Below, in pieces: positions 13,445 to 26,133 of a stretch of DNA of 64,000 nucleotides. The DNA is taken from assembly GCA_036867785.1 (NCBI GenBank), contig CP145420.1, forward strand, positions 992,001 to 1,056,000, written 5' to 3'. The position numbers were made by a program, and so were the translations under genes. A model generated the notes under the pieces. That model did no database searches. It was not told the DNA's origin and saw nothing but the letters and a program-made list of their open reading frames with translations. The stretch is from Plasmodiophora brassicae (Eukaryota). The number at the start of each line of letters is the position of its first letter. Positions within the stretch are counted from its first letter, which is position 1.

Positions 13445-14083
13445 ATGCTGCGTCAACTGGTTCGAGGACGATGGTGCAGGCGCGTGCAGGCGCGCTGCTT
13501 GCTGACAGAGAGCAAAGCGCCGGCGGATCGCCCCGTCCTGTTCGTCGGTGAGGACATGCCTGGCCCGACGGTCGTATACGAGGACAACCTGCTGCATGAG
13601 CAGAATACGGCGGTGATGAAGCGAGGCGAGTTCATGGCCGCTATCGGTGGGTTCCGCAACATGGGGCCGGAAGACTTCCTGGACGATTACCGGGCGATCA
13701 TATCGAAGCCTGCCCCGCCCGTCGGACAACAAGGCGACCATCACCCGATAGGCCTCGAATGGAGAATGACGTTCGAACCGCACCGGAAGTGGGCCAGTAA
13801 CGTTATGGGATGGACCGCATCGAAAGACGTGTACGCCGGCCATCGACTATGGTTCGACAGCGCCAAGAGCGCGATACGGTTCGCCGAGTCGATGGGCATC
13901 AAATACCACGTGCAGAAGCCGCACGAGAAGACCGCCCGCCCTCAGCCATACGCGGCCAACTTCCGCTGGAAGGGTGCTCCGGCCAAGGACGTATCCGACC
14001 AGGCCATTGGGCTGGGTGAGGGCGCCCAAGCTGACAAAGGACCTCAGATCAAACCGCGCCAGGCTGAAGCGACGGGTCTCTAG
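13445..14083 (+). CDS. NDUFS4: NADH dehydrogenase Fe-S subunit 4 (complex I 18 kDa subunit)
   Basis: Arg-rich mitochondrial-type presequence, then WRMTF..RKWASNVMGWTASKD..LWFDSAKSAIRFAESMG..YAANFRWKG. Confidence 0.9.
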   Translation: MLRQLVRGRWCRRVQARCLLTESKAPADRPVLFVGEDMPGPTVVYEDNLLHEQNTAVMKRGEFMAAIGGFRNMGPEDFLDDYRAIISKPAPPVGQQGDHHPIGLEWRMTFEPHRKWASNVMGWTASKDVYAGHRLWFDSAKSAIRFAESMGIKYHVQKPHEKTARPQPYAANFRWKGAPAKDVSDQAIGLGEGAQADKGPQIKPRQAEATGL

Positions 14084-14118
14084 ACGATATACTCTTCAAC
14101 GCAATACCTAACCCAGCG

Positions 14119-14739
14119 TCATTTAGAACCAGTAGATTGACGATCAGTTCCTGGAGTGGTCGAGTCTGCTGCCATTCCCGAATCGAATTCGTTGCGAACT
14201 CGCGCGGTCTCGCCCCAGATCTCATCGCTAAACACGTCGTGCGGGTTGGCGAGGGACTTCAATGCCGCGACGTGGCGTTCGTCCGCGTCGATCATCCGCT
14301 CGAACATAGCGCCAACATACCGATCTCCTGCATCATGGGCCTTGATCGACAAATGAGTCAGCCGTTCCTGTGACGAGCTACAGAACGTGCAGGGTGATAC
14401 CTGGGACGAGAACGTCGGCAGCGTCTCCTCCGTATCGTGTAACTCGGATATCAGGGACGCATGCAGATGTTTCTTCGTATCGCCGATCGGTTCCGACGTC
14501 GTTGGGTCAACACCCGTCAGCATCTCCAGAGCCGTGAACGCGGCATGCGACATCTCCCATTCGCTGTCGGCCAGCGACCGGAACAGCTGCGCCGCCCGCA
14601 GCCTGCCCTCGTGGTCCGCTCGCTGCGCGAACCACCGATACCGGACAGCATTCGTCGCCTTCTGGTAGACCTGCTGCCGGATCGCTTCGTGCAGCGCACT
14701 GGGCAGTGCAGCCGCGGCGCGGCCTGCTGCTGCAGCCAT
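14119..14739 (-). CDS. Rubrerythrin-like ferritin-fold protein
   Basis: RYRWFAQRADHEG..AQLFRSLADSE..GVDPTTSEPIGDT..FERMIDADERH matches short-chain rubrerythrins. Contains a 60-nt in-frame intron at 14341-14400. Confidence 0.8.
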   Translation of the reverse strand: MAAAAGRAAAALPSALHEAIRQQVYQKATNAVRYRWFAQRADHEGRLRAAQLFRSLADSEWEMSHAAFTALEMLTGVDPTTSEPIGDTKKHLHASLISELHDTEETLPTFSSQVSPCTFCSSSQERLTHLSIKAHDAGDRYVGAMFERMIDADERHVAALKSLANPHDVFSDEIWGETARVRNEFDSGMAADSTTPGTDRQSTGSK

Positions 14740-14945
14740 AATGACGCGGGAGCCTCCTGTCTTCAAAGGCGCCACCCGCTGTGCACTGCGGGTACTGCAG
14801 TCGGCACTGACGAATGCCCGTTTTTGCACGTCGTGCGCCAAAAAAATCGAAAACGCGCCGTCGCGAGAAAATCATCGCCACCTGCTGTCGCTGTTGTCCG
14901 TTACCACTTACAACGCCGACGGCGACGCCGACCTTGACGTAAGCC

Positions 14946-16747
14946 ATGTCGATCGAGCAGGCAATGGTGACGCGCGGCCTTGCCGGTGAATCGCGAGCGT
15001 TCGCACTGGCAATGGACGAGGAGGATGCACTGGCCCGGTACAGGGACGAGTTCGCGTTCCCGGCTGGGCCGGATGGGCGCCGAGGGATATACCTATGCGG
15101 TACGGCGGCTGTGTGAAGTGGGGCGCGTTTATAATGAGTTGGTGGTGGCAGGGAACTCGCTTGGGCTTATGTCGTTTAGATCGAGACGGTATATCAATGA
15201 GGAGCTCGATAAATGGTGGATGAGGCTACTCAGGCGGCATGGAGGCTTGCTGACGATCGTCGTAGGGCATCTGTGGGCGTCGAAGGACACTTCGCCGACA
15301 AACGGCCCTGGGCCCGAATTGACGAATGCGTTACCGGGTATATGGCTGAAATTGTTGGTGCACGATCCGTCGACGAGGTTGCTGTTATGAATTCGTTGTC
15401 CGTCAACCTGCACCTGCTGCTGATGGCATTCTTTCGCCCCACTTCCACTCGGTAGGAGTGCGTCAACCAGGCGTGGTCGTTGGAAAGGGACATGAACCAT
15501 GCTGTCAGTGTAGATACAAGATTCTAGTGGAAGATGGCCTCTTCTGTTCGGATTCGCATATCGTCATGTCGCAGTTGCGGTACCATGGTCTGGACCCATC
15601 ATCTGCTCTTGTCAAACTGCGGCCCCTGCCAGGCCAGACATGTCTTAGGACAGACGACATTGTTAAATGCATTCACGAACTCGGCGACAGCCTTGCCTTG
15701 GTCATGTTCCCAGGCGTGCAATATTATACGGGCCAGGTAATCTACACGTCCGTCCAATGCCATAATGATTCGCCTGACGCGTCTGTACAGCTGTTCGATA
15801 TTGGGGTGATTTCTGCCGCTGCTCACGCCGTTGGTGCGTACGTTGGCTGGGACCTTGCTCATGCTGTCGGAAACGCTGTACGTGGCACGATTCAGGAAGG
15901 GCCATGCTGTCAAGTAACTGCCCAGGAGCAGGTGCTACACTTGCATGACCACAACGCAGACTTTGCTGTATGGTGCAGCTACAAATACCTGAACAGTGGA
16001 CCCGGAGGAATAGCAGGGGCCTTCCTTCATGAACGGCACCACGGAAACGAGGCGCTTCTGGAGAAGCGGCTTGAAGGCTGGTGGGGGCAGCGTCTTGCCG
16101 ACCGATTCGCAATGAAAGCAGTCCACAATCCAGTTCCGGGAGCCCAGTCGTTTCAGATGTCGTATGTATCTAACGAGCCTGATCCGGTTGAATGGATTCT
16201 GATGGTTCATGGCAGAAACCCTTGCGTGCTGGCTATCGTGAGCCTTCTCGGGTCGCTCGAGGTTTGGAATGAGAACACGACGGCCTGGGTGTTGTTAACG
16301 ACTCTGGTTCAGATATTTCACGAAGCGACGATGCAGAATATTGCAGACAAGCAGGTCCTGATCACTGGGTACCTAGAATACTTGATCAAGCAAACATTTA
16401 CGGGCGACGAGGTCGAACAGTTGACCCCTCCGGAACCGAAGAATAGGGGGTCGCAAATCTCCCTCCGTTTTCGAGGCGTTCCTGTATGGAAATGACCATC
16501 AGTGACGTGTGTGACTCTGTCGTCACCAACCTTACTAGTGCAGGTTCGGCAAGTGCACGCCCGGCTGACAGCTATGGGCGTTATCAGCGACGTGCGTGAC
16601 CCAGATTCGATCCGAGTCTGTCCGGCACCGCTCTACAATTCGTTCATCGACGTTCTCAACTTTTCCTCAATTCTGCGAAAAGCTTTTGACGAAACTCGCT
16701 CCCTGTCTCAAACGTCGGCGTTGCTAGATGCCAACTCGCATATTTAG
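14946..16747 (+). CDS. KYNU: Kynureninase, multi-exon
   Basis: YLCGNSLGL, EVAVMNSLSVNLHLL, GVQYYTGQ, GWDLAHAVGN, PLP-lysine motif WCSYKYLNSGPG and IRVCPAPLYNSF. Confidence 0.95.
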
Positions 16748-17140
16748 CATGCAAAGGGTCCAGGTGCTCCTGAGCGTTCGTGGTGACGTTTCACCTCAGC
16801 CTGCCTGCCTACCGAGTCGTGGAAATACAAACAATAATTGGTTTGTCGCTGCATCGTACAACAATGATGTTAGCCAACAGAACAGGTCTTCATCGCGATT
16901 GGCGCCAACTTCTTCAGGACGTTGAATGAGTGTTCTTCTGGGAGCAACGATGCCACCCGCCGTCGAGATTGGTCGTCGGGCGTCTATCTGGTCCGCGTCG
17001 TCCCGAATCCACGTTCTGGTGAGAGAGGGTACGGTAGCAGACGGAGCAGTGCAGAGTGGCACCAATGGACAACAGGGGGGAGGCAAGCGAGGTAACGTCA
17101 TTTTTGGGTTTTGCGACGTGCATGACACGGAACGGACAAC

Positions 17141-20100
17141 ATGGCCATGGTGGATGTCGTGGTGGTCGGCGTCTGCGCCATGGCCAAGAAGGTGCAGTCG
17201 CAGCCGATGCGGGAGCTGCTCGACCGGCTGTCGGCGTACGGCGACATGCAGGTCGTCGTGTTCCCGGAATCCATCATCCTGGGCGAGCCGGTCGCCCAGT
17301 GGCCGCGTGTCCACTGTCTGATTGCGTTCTATTCGCACGGGTTCCCGCTGGAGAAGGCGATCGAATACTCAAGGATCGAACCACGCCCGTTCCTGGTCAA
17401 CGACCTTGAAGCGCAGAAGGTGCTGAAAGACAGGCGAAGCGTGTATCGCGTCCTGGAGGAGAACGGCATCCCGGTTCCGTTTCACGTGGTCATGGACCGG
17501 GACCCTGGCGCCATACCCCCAACGCTGGAGGAGTTCGACGACCGGATTATCATCGACGGCCACGTCCTTGAGAAGCCGTTTGTCGAGAAGCCTGTTGAAG
17601 CGGATGATCACAACATCAACGTCTATTACCCAGGTCGGGGTGTTTATCATCGGCCCATGGTGCACTGAATTTGTCGGTAGGTGGGGGTGGCTGCCGGCAT
17701 TTATTCCGAAAAGTCAAGAACCGGTCGGGTGCCTACGTTCAGTCAATGCACAGTCGCTGATGTGGGGTTTCAGATCGTCAGAAGTGCTGCAAGAGAACCG
17801 GGTCAGGCGTGTCGGGTCGTACGTGTATGAGAAGTTCGTTCCCACAGGGCGAGACATTAAAGTCTTTGCTGTCGGGCAGTACGTGATCGCTGAAGAGGGC
17901 GTCGCCGCCCACGCTGTCGCTTAGATGCACCTGTGTAGGGACTATGCATACAGCGAGTCGCGGAAATCGCCCACCGTTGACGGCATCGTCGAAAGGAATC
18001 GATTCGGAAAGGAGCGCCGTCAGACAGAGCGCCTGACGGACAGCGAGTTGGCGATGGCGTCGTGCGTTACGCGGTGCTTCCGGCAGACTGTATGTGGGTT
18101 GGACATTCTCCGGGATGGTTCCAAGTCGTATGTTATAGACGTAAGCGTCCCCGCGCCGGAAACGCGCTCTGGATGTCTGAAGGTGTTCTTCAGGTGAATG
18201 GCTGGTCTTTCGTGAAGGGGTCGTCATTATATTACGATGAATGTTCGCGCATCCTGCGTCAGACGTGCCTTTCGTCCCCACAAGTACTGCAGCTCAACCG
18301 ACCTCGACGCCAGCTGCTTGGGATCGTGGCGGTGTTCAGGCACTCTGATAGGACGCCGAAACAGAAGCTGAAGATTTCGATTACTGACATGGAGGTCATC
18401 CAAATGTTCTTTCCCGATGGCCTCGATCCGGTTCCTCCAGTGGAATTCAAGTTGAAAGTACGCCATCATCACGTCCACCAATTCATGCGGGAATCTCAAT
18501 GATCGCTTAGAGGAGTTCGGAGCTGGAGGCGCTGTCAAACATAATCCGGTCACTTCGCGAAAGGGATCCCAAGTACGACGCACAGTTCAGTGGAATAGCG
18601 ACTGTCCTCGCTGCTAATTTCGTCAGCACGAAAGTACAGATCAAACTTGATGTTCGAGCCGGTATGCTGTGCGGTTCTCATAATGTAAACGTTTTGACAG
18701 GTTCTGAACAGATGAGGAGTTGTTTGCAATGATCATATGCAAATGGGGTGGCGAAATGACTGCCGCCGGCGTTGTTCAGTCGCAATCGCTGGGAAGGCGC
18801 TTGCGACAGGACATACTGGACTGTGGCGCTGACCCGAATGTGATCATTCCAGGCACCCGCGCCTATTCTGGTCTTGAGCACCGGTACGAATCGTTCGTTG
18901 TTTGCTTGGGGGAATCTGACCGAGAGTTGTACTATAGCGTTCGGTGCTCCGCTGAAACATTCCTGAGGACGTTTACAAACGGGCGCGAAAGCGCACTCCA
19001 GATTACGGTCGAAGACGGAGGGGACGTGTCTAGGCTCCTAGATGATACGTCAGCATCCAAGGTACTAATATCCCGTACCATCTTTTCTCCTGTGCTCATG
19101 ACTCTGTTAGAACGCCGTTGAGGCTTCTAAGGTTCGGCTGCTCTCTGTCCTGATGAGCCATGTTCGTGGATGCGTGTTCGACCCCGACCTTCAGGTAGCA
19201 GCGAAGAACGCGTTACGCTCTATCGACAACCCTGTGGAGCGACTGACCAGATTGCTGGCCTCAACGAAGGCATTGATTACGTATCAACTGCCGCTGTCAG
19301 CTCTTGCGACATCTTTTAACCATGTCAAACTGCAGGTACCTCGAATCGCAACTTCCTGGATTAACTGGTAAAAACGGACTTGCGATCTTTCTGGCTCACA
19401 TATCCTAACCGAAACCGTTAACAGGCAGCGCTTACCATGGCGAGTCGTGGCAGCTTCTTCTGATGCGATGGAAACGGATGTACAAATGTCTGTTCGATAG
19501 CAGTACTGGAGTTTGGGATGTCACCAAGGTCCCTGACATTTTCGATTCGGTACACCTGTCTCCGACAGATGCGCATGGCATCGACTACTGACACCTCTTC
19601 TCCAGGCGCTTTACGACATGCTCCATAATGCCGATCGGCTTCCAGAGCTTAAGGAACTTTTGGGACCCGTTCATCATAACGCTCGCATACTGGCGGATTT
19701 CGTTGTCCCTCAAGAGTACGCTTTCGGTCAGTGGTTTCCTGACAAGCAACCATTGACAGCCTGCTCAGATTCGGAATTTCTTTGGACGAAAAGCGCTCTC
19801 TTGCTGCTATGCTTTCGGCACCTCTGAACGCAGCCATTGCATCTCATTGCAAGGAGGTACCATCACTTGTTCTGACGTTGTCCGAAACACGCTGACCGGA
19901 TCGCAGATTAGCAAGGTCGTCCGTGAAAACGACCACCCACGATGTTTCCTGTATTTCACAAACGAATCGCACATGCATGCTTTGAGGAACGCGCTTCTCG
20001 TGTTTGGCATTGCTGCCAACCGAACCGTCGCCACCAACTTGGAGCACATGCAGCTGGGATACTGCTCCCATGCAATCTTCCGGGTGTTCCGACACGGTCG

Positions 20101-20365
20101 TATCTTCGCCCTGTGGAATTCCATGTCGGCCCTACTGACGCTGTTCATAGAGGATGGGTCGTGTTCTGTGTCCACAGAGTTCAGTCCTGGCGCCGTAGAA
20201 CACCCATCACTCGTCACTGAGTCCCATGTCCAGAAGGTTGCCGTCCCGACGCCGCTCGGGTCGATCCCGTTGCAGCAATTCTGCGAAAGCGTTGGCAACA
20301 CGCTTCCGCAGCCGATTTCACGTGTCAGTAGCAGATCGAATACATCCCTGTCCACTACCCGCTAG
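17141..20365 (+). CDS. VIP1: Inositol pyrophosphate kinase/phosphatase PPIP5K (VIP1), multi-exon
   Basis: VGVCAMAKK, CLIAFYSHGFPLEKA, KPFVEKPVEADDHNI, ESRKSPTVDG and DVNGWSFVK. Phosphatase motifs RHSDRTPKQK, CKWGGE and LYFTNESHMH are also present. Confidence 0.93.
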
Positions 20366-20390
20366 GTAGGTACATGATTGCCGAAATAAT

Positions 20391-21925
20391 TTACTGTAGG
20401 GCCGCTAGCTCAGCCCGTTTCGCTTGAAGCAACGCGACGGCCTCCTCCAAGCTCTTCGTGTACCGCTTCTTCAAGATCTTGTTCGGGGTCTGAGCCTTCG
20501 CGGTTAAGTCTTCGACCTTGGCTTCCAGTTCCCGAATCTCGGCCTCCACCGCTGCACGTTGATCTTGTCGCATCCTGTCTTCAGACACGGCCGCCTCTTC
20601 AGCAGGAACGCCTTCCGGTTGCGATGGTTCCGCTGCAGTGGCAGGGGGCGTAGGCGAGGGCAACGGTGAAGGTTCCGCTGGCGAGGCGACAAGAGTTGGT
20701 GTTGCAGTGGCAGCAGGAGGCGGCGATGGCGCAGGTAACTGAACCGGTGTCGGCAGCAGCGAGGATGACGCTGAACTGGGAGGCAATGACGGAGGAACGA
20801 ATGTCGGTTCCCGTACGGGAGACCTCGCAGGCCGCATGAATGACGGAGCAGACGCGGGAGTAGGCGTCCGCAGAGGCGCTGGTGGCCCGGTGGAAGACGG
20901 CCGCGCTGGCGTCGCTGACAGAACAGGAGGGCCGGTACTCGGGACGGCAAACCGACCAGGTGACATCCCCGTGCTGAGAGGAGTCGCCGACGGCGTGTCG
21001 CGCAGCATCGATCCTGTGGCCCCGGATCGCACCGACGCCGACATCCATTTCTCTTCGTCGTCCGCAATGTCCTCCTCCTCCTCCTCTTCTTCCCATTCGT
21101 CCGCCGACTCGGACCCTTCCTCCTCTTCCTCCTCGACTTCGACTTCTTCCTCGATCAGCTCGTAGTGCACCTGCGGCTGCCCTTGCAGAATGTTCCACAG
21201 ATGGCCTTCCGCGGCCGACACTTCCTCTTTCGAAAACTGGGCAGAAGAACGACGTCACCTCTCAGCTAACAGTACGGGCGTCCGAGTCGCCCCTCACCTG
21301 AGCCTTTCGGAACCGTCGCTCACGAATGTGGGCAGTCGGTGGTGTTAGTCCTGACGGAAACTCCAATGGAGGCTCAGCTTCCTCGTCCTTCTCCCTGACA
21401 ATCAACATCTACCGCGATTCAGCCATTTCGTGCATCGCGACGCGTGCGTCAGCAATACCTGGCAGATGTCGGCGCTCTTGTAATAGGCGGCACCATCCCA
21501 GGTCTTCAATGATTCGATAATGCACGGGAGGTCGACTGTCCAACAGAGCTACAGTTAGGCAATCGGGTCCTGTTGACGATGAAAACAACAAACGAACTTG
21601 TCCTAACCGAGTGTGCCAGGGTATTCGCCCATGCCATCGACACAGAACAGCACTCTGCGTTCATCTATCGAGGAAACGGTAAGCGCTGCGCACGTCGGCA
21701 CCCTCGTTCTTCGCGCGTACCGATCGGATGCACAGCTATCGACGATGTCGTCAGCGTCTGATCCTCCATCCGCTTGCGGATCTCGGCGGCAAGCCGCTCC
21801 GGAAGACGCAGCACGATCTGCTGCTCCAGTTTGGGTTTGCCCTGATCCAACAGCGACGCCGACCGCATGCGATCGGTCACGCTGCCGCCAGTGCTGTCGC
21901 CTATCTTCGTGACAATGTCTTCCAT
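20391..21925 (-). CDS. TAF7: TFIID subunit TAF7, multi-exon
   Basis: LEQQIVLRLP, DLPCIIESxKT, YYKSADICQ and SGLTPPTAHIRERRF. Followed by acidic, Pro-rich and coiled-coil regions ending N-x-ILKKR. Confidence 0.85.
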
Positions 21926-22103
21926 TGTGCAAATGACAACCGGCGACCGCTGTCACGCACTTTTGTCTGCACGGACGTCATTCCGACCTGTCGCCGGTCT
22001 GCGGTCACTGAACGGCGCGCGCTGCAGCCTGCAGTCCCATGACGTGCGGTTTGCAGCTTGTGTAAGTGGTGTGTGTTTCCTATTCTAAATATAGTATGCT
22101 TAA

Positions 22104-22841
22104 TTACTCGTCGTCCAGCGTAACGGATAGTCGTCGTTGCTGGGCGCTGAATTCGCGTTCGAGGCGGTGCTGGAGGAGCCATTCCCTGGAGTCCGGCTCT
22201 GCCTCACTGGTGCGTCTGGCCATAAGCAGAGACCAGCGCCGGCGACGTTTTCTGTAACAGCGGTATGCGCACAGCGAGGCGGCAATGGCAGTCATGGCAG
22301 CAAGGGCGCTGGCTGCGACGATGATCAACGTTCCGCCGATGGTCGGTCTGCGAATGACGTTGTAGACGAACGCGACACGAACGACCCCAGAAGCTGGTAG
22401 CGCGCCGAAGAACGCGTTCGACGCCGATACGTCGCAGGAAGCCACGATGCGCTCCTCGTCGCTCTGGCAGTGCTCGGTCAAAGCGTTTCCTGGGTATGTT
22501 GTCTCCACGTAAACGACGAACAGGATCTCTTGGTTCGAAGACGTCCCTGACGGGACGACATGACACGGAACCGGATCGGGCACCGCGTTCCTGCACCGTC
22601 TCGATGCGATCGACAACGACTGCAGCCAGATGAAGAACTCGTCCTCATGGACGCCAATGTCCACGACGAATAACCTTTCCTCGAGCGACAGCTCCATAAC
22701 CGGGATCGACGTCACGTTCGCAATCAGCGGCGCGATCTCGAGCTCTGTGCAACATCGCGAATGTTCCCCAGTGGCCGAGTACACAGCAAGCACGACTACG
22801 GTCGAACACCCGACCCAAGGTACCCACCACCGCATCGACAT
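22104..22841 (-). CDS. Hypothetical single-pass membrane protein
   Basis: N-terminal hydrophobic signal, a Cys-containing ectodomain and a TM helix (LIIVAASALAAMTAIAASLCA) followed by a basic stop-transfer sequence RKRRRR. Confidence 0.55.
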   Translation of the reverse strand: MSMRWWVPWVGCSTVVVLAVYSATGEHSRCCTELEIAPLIANVTSIPVMELSLEERLFVVDIGVHEDEFFIWLQSLSIASRRCRNAVPDPVPCHVVPSGTSSNQEILFVVYVETTYPGNALTEHCQSDEERIVASCDVSASNAFFGALPASGVVRVAFVYNVIRRPTIGGTLIIVAASALAAMTAIAASLCAYRCYRKRRRRWSLLMARRTSEAEPDSREWLLQHRLEREFSAQQRRLSVTLDDE

Positions 22842-22984
22842 TGCCCGACGAGATCATCCAATGGGCATTACGCGACGAGTACCTGCCAAACGATCCAGAT
22901 ATCACAGCGACAGAACGTGACCTAACCGCTATGCACATTGTCGAACATCGCATGCTGATGCTGACGATTGGATAAAGGTCATCC

Positions 22985-23482
22985 CTAGAGCAAGATCGAA
23001 GTGGGTGTATTGTCGAGGTCGTCCCGTTGCAGACCTCGTGTTGGTTTCTTGGCGACGCGTTTCGTGGATCGTGCTGCGGCCACACGACTCTTCCCGGCCT
23101 GGAACAGGTTGCTGTGTCGACGGAGGCGCCGAGCGTGCTCCTTGGCCGCCGATGAGCTGATCTGCCCAGCGGCGACTGCTGCCCTGAACTCGCGATCGGT
23201 GTTGTACAGCATGAGGAGTAGGCGGTCCTCGTAGACGCGCTTGTAGGCGGCTTTGAGAATGGCATCGGTCATGACGGGAGCGGATCTGAGGAAGTACCGG
23301 GAGGGGCGGTCGGCGACCGGAACGTTGACGTAATAGCACTTGCTGGCCAATTGGATGCGTTCGGCGACGGTCAGGCGGCGTATCGGCAGGCGGTACTGCT
23401 GACGGCGGGTTCGCGACGACCGCAACGGGGACGCGGTTGGTGTTGATGATGATGATGAGGTTGATGGAGTACCATCGCCCAT
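22985..23482 (-). CDS. Hypothetical basic protein
   Basis: 165-aa ORF with a Ser-rich N-terminus and coding-like composition. No recognised domain. Confidence 0.4.
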   Translation of the reverse strand: MGDGTPSTSSSSSTPTASPLRSSRTRRQQYRLPIRRLTVAERIQLASKCYYVNVPVADRPSRYFLRSAPVMTDAILKAAYKRVYEDRLLLMLYNTDREFRAAVAAGQISSSAAKEHARRLRRHSNLFQAGKSRVAAARSTKRVAKKPTRGLQRDDLDNTPTSILL

Positions 23483-24556
23483 GGCGGGCTAATGGGTTCT
23501 GGGGACGATACTCCCCGTCGACACGTCATAGCGCAACGAAGGCTGGCGACGGTACCGGACATCCTTAAGAACGTTCACGGTGTCTCGTCTGCCCCCTGCT
23601 TTCCCCTGGTCCCGCCTGCTTGACCCACTTTTTTAACTGCGCCGTTTCCACCTCCCTTTCTATCCTATCGCCCTGGTTTTTCTATTCGTACGAAGCGGCG
23701 GCTTCATCAGTTTATCCGGGTCGGGCAACGTCATGTGGCGGACCGTGCGATTTTCTGCTGCAGGGCCCAGAGGATGGTCATCGACGATCGCATCTCATCG
23801 CGTAGCATGCCGATCTTGGTCGACAGGTCGTCGATTTCGGCGTCGACCTCCTTCAGCGACCGATACATGTCGTCGGACGTGGTCGCCCTGCACACACGCG
23901 CGCTCAGCGGAAAGCCTCCTGTGTCAGCGCGGGCAACCAAACCTCGCCGGTCTACAGTTGCTGGTATGGCCTTTAGCAATTGGACGGTTCGAGGACGACG
24001 CCCGAGCGCCAGACGACGACGACGGCATCCAGACGCCTGATGACAAATCGCACGTCTTCAACATAATTCCGCTGTTCCACCACAACAATGCTGCAGACCT
24101 GCGCTCGGTGCTGATGGTCGGTACCGATCCGCGTCCGTGCGGCTGTGGCCCGGCATCGACGAGATCTTCACGAACTCTCGCGTACGGCCAGTCATCGGCG
24201 GTCAATCAGACAAATCACTGATCGACACAGTCACGAGCGAGAGGCTCCCCCATCGTCGGGCCGCTTCGGAGTCCGTGGGCGGGCTCCGACGGCAATCGGC
24301 TCCGACCGTTCCCAATTTGGTTCAGACCGCGCTGCGGCGTGCCATGCACGTGGGCGACGCCGAGCTCCTGCTCGTCCTAGTCACCGCTCTGCTCGTTACC
24401 GTCGTGCACGACGTGGTCCAGAAACGACGGCGACGTCGACGCCGGCGTCGCGGGCCGCCGGCCCGCCTTCCCAGCTCTGCAGCAGGAGCCGTCGACTGAC
24501 TGATTCGTTCTGCGGTGCCTCTGGCGCGATCGGTATCCCGAACGAGTGTACTGTGA

Positions 24557-25347
24557 TCAGCCGACAGTCGACTTGAGGAACGTCTCCAAGTGCTGACGCT
24601 GGAATTTGACGAACTCCTTTTCTTCCAGGCGCTTCTTCTCGGCAACGCTGCGTCGTTCCGCGTCGGTCTGCTCGATCTTCTCGCGCTGCGCATGCAGGGC
24701 GTCAAGCTTCGCTTTCAGTTGCGCCTTGGTCGCTTCCAGCTCGCCCAACTATGTTGTCATTCAGTAATCGAAACGCACACGGCGACCCTCCGTCCCACCT
24801 TCCCGCTGAGTGTCCCGGTGCCCAGCTCGGCCTGTAGCGACTTGCGGATGCCGAACACGATGCTGCTCTCGTACAGCGTCTGGTAGGCGGCGATCGTCAT
24901 GCGCGTCTCGTCTCGAACCCTGAGGAGGAGCAGGCCGCGTTCCGGGCACTCGATCGTCACCTGACGAATGAGCTCGTCCAGCGTCTGCGAGTACAACTCC
25001 TCGCGGACAGGGCAAATGCCCGTCTCCCGCGCCTGCCGAAGCTGAAGGCGCTCATCCAGCGCCATCTGCAATTTGATAACGTCCTCCCGGCTGGCTGGTT
25101 TCATGGACACCTGCTGCGTCTTCCCGTTGACGACACGCGGCGGCAGCATTGCGTTCAGGACATCGCGAATCTGCTGCACCTTGCCTTTCAACGGCGAGCT
25201 GGGCCCCTCGCCGGCCTATGGAACGCGTCAGCAAAGGACGGGAGCGTGGTCCCGGTGACAGACATTTGCCTCGTACTGGACAAGTGTCTCAGCGATGGCG
25301 TCCACAGGCTGCAGGTCGGTGACGACCGCCGCCGGCGCTGTATCCAT
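24557..25347 (-). CDS. DNALI1: Axonemal inner-arm dynein light chain p28
   Basis: LNAMLPPR..PASREDV..RQARETGICPVREELYSQTLDELIRQVTIECPERGLLLLRVRDE..AYQTLYESS. Two introns. Confidence 0.95.
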
Positions 25348-25674
25348 GACGCTCTACGCCCGACAACGACGTGCGACCTGTGACGCGCGACCTGCTCCCT
25401 CACTTCAGACTTGGGCAGCACATTCGGGCGGCACCCTGGCTCCTGATATGCTGCTGACCGCAGCAACTGGGGCGCGCCCGCGTCCTACGGGCTTGCGTCG
25501 CTGCTCCGTATCGCAATTCGCAAACGCCGCGAGTCGCGTGGACGACTGGGAGAACTGCAGCTCCCAGTCAGGCCAAGGTCTAAAAACAGGGCAAGCGTGT
25601 TACGTTATTGCTGCGCCGCGCCCCGGGCCGACATTTTGTGATTCGATTGATCGGCGGGCTGCAGACCCTCCGCG

Positions 25675-26133
25675 ATGGCACGTGGGCCGGCCAGCAGGGA
25701 TGTCACGCTGGCCGTGGTGCTCGTCGCTGCGTTCAGTGTGGCTGCCGTTGTGAGCGTCGCGATGTTGTCGACCTCTGATGAAGTCCCTGCCGCCGTTGTG
25801 CTTCCCGAGTGGCCCAGGACGTCGGTGCAAGGACCTGCAGGTCCATGGTCAGGAAGCACCCAGGCAGGATTGAGTACGATTGGGTCTCTTGCCGCTGCAG
25901 CATTGCAAAATTGGTGTTGTCGCCCAGTAAGCCAAGATCCGGAAGCAGAACAGGAAACCGGTGGGCCGGCTGTTCGACGTCAACGAGTACTTGGCGCCAT
26001 ATCGTTCGCCTCTGCAGGCGCTGGTCTGATCTATCGCTGGCACCGGTCAGCAAGTCGTTCCCCAAACAACGTGACGAGCGGCAATAGTAGAGCAAAGGCG
26101 AATTTCCGCTTTCGTTTGAACGGGACAGTGTGA
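25675..26133 (+). CDS. Hypothetical membrane or secreted protein (extent uncertain)
   Basis: N-terminal hydrophobic stretch VTLAVVLVAAFSVAAVVSVA and a second hydrophobic stretch. It may splice on to about 26589. Confidence 0.3.
   Translation: MARGPASRDVTLAVVLVAAFSVAAVVSVAMLSTSDEVPAAVVLPEWPRTSVQGPAGPWSGSTQAGLSTIGSLAAAALQNWCCRPVSQDPEAEQETGGPAVRRQRVLGAISFASAGAGLIYRWHRSASRSPNNVTSGNSRAKANFRFRLNGTV

Noticed and set aside
23731-24500. Small coiled-coil gene on the minus strand
   Set aside because: The last exon looks coding, but I could not build a consistent spliced model with a start codon.
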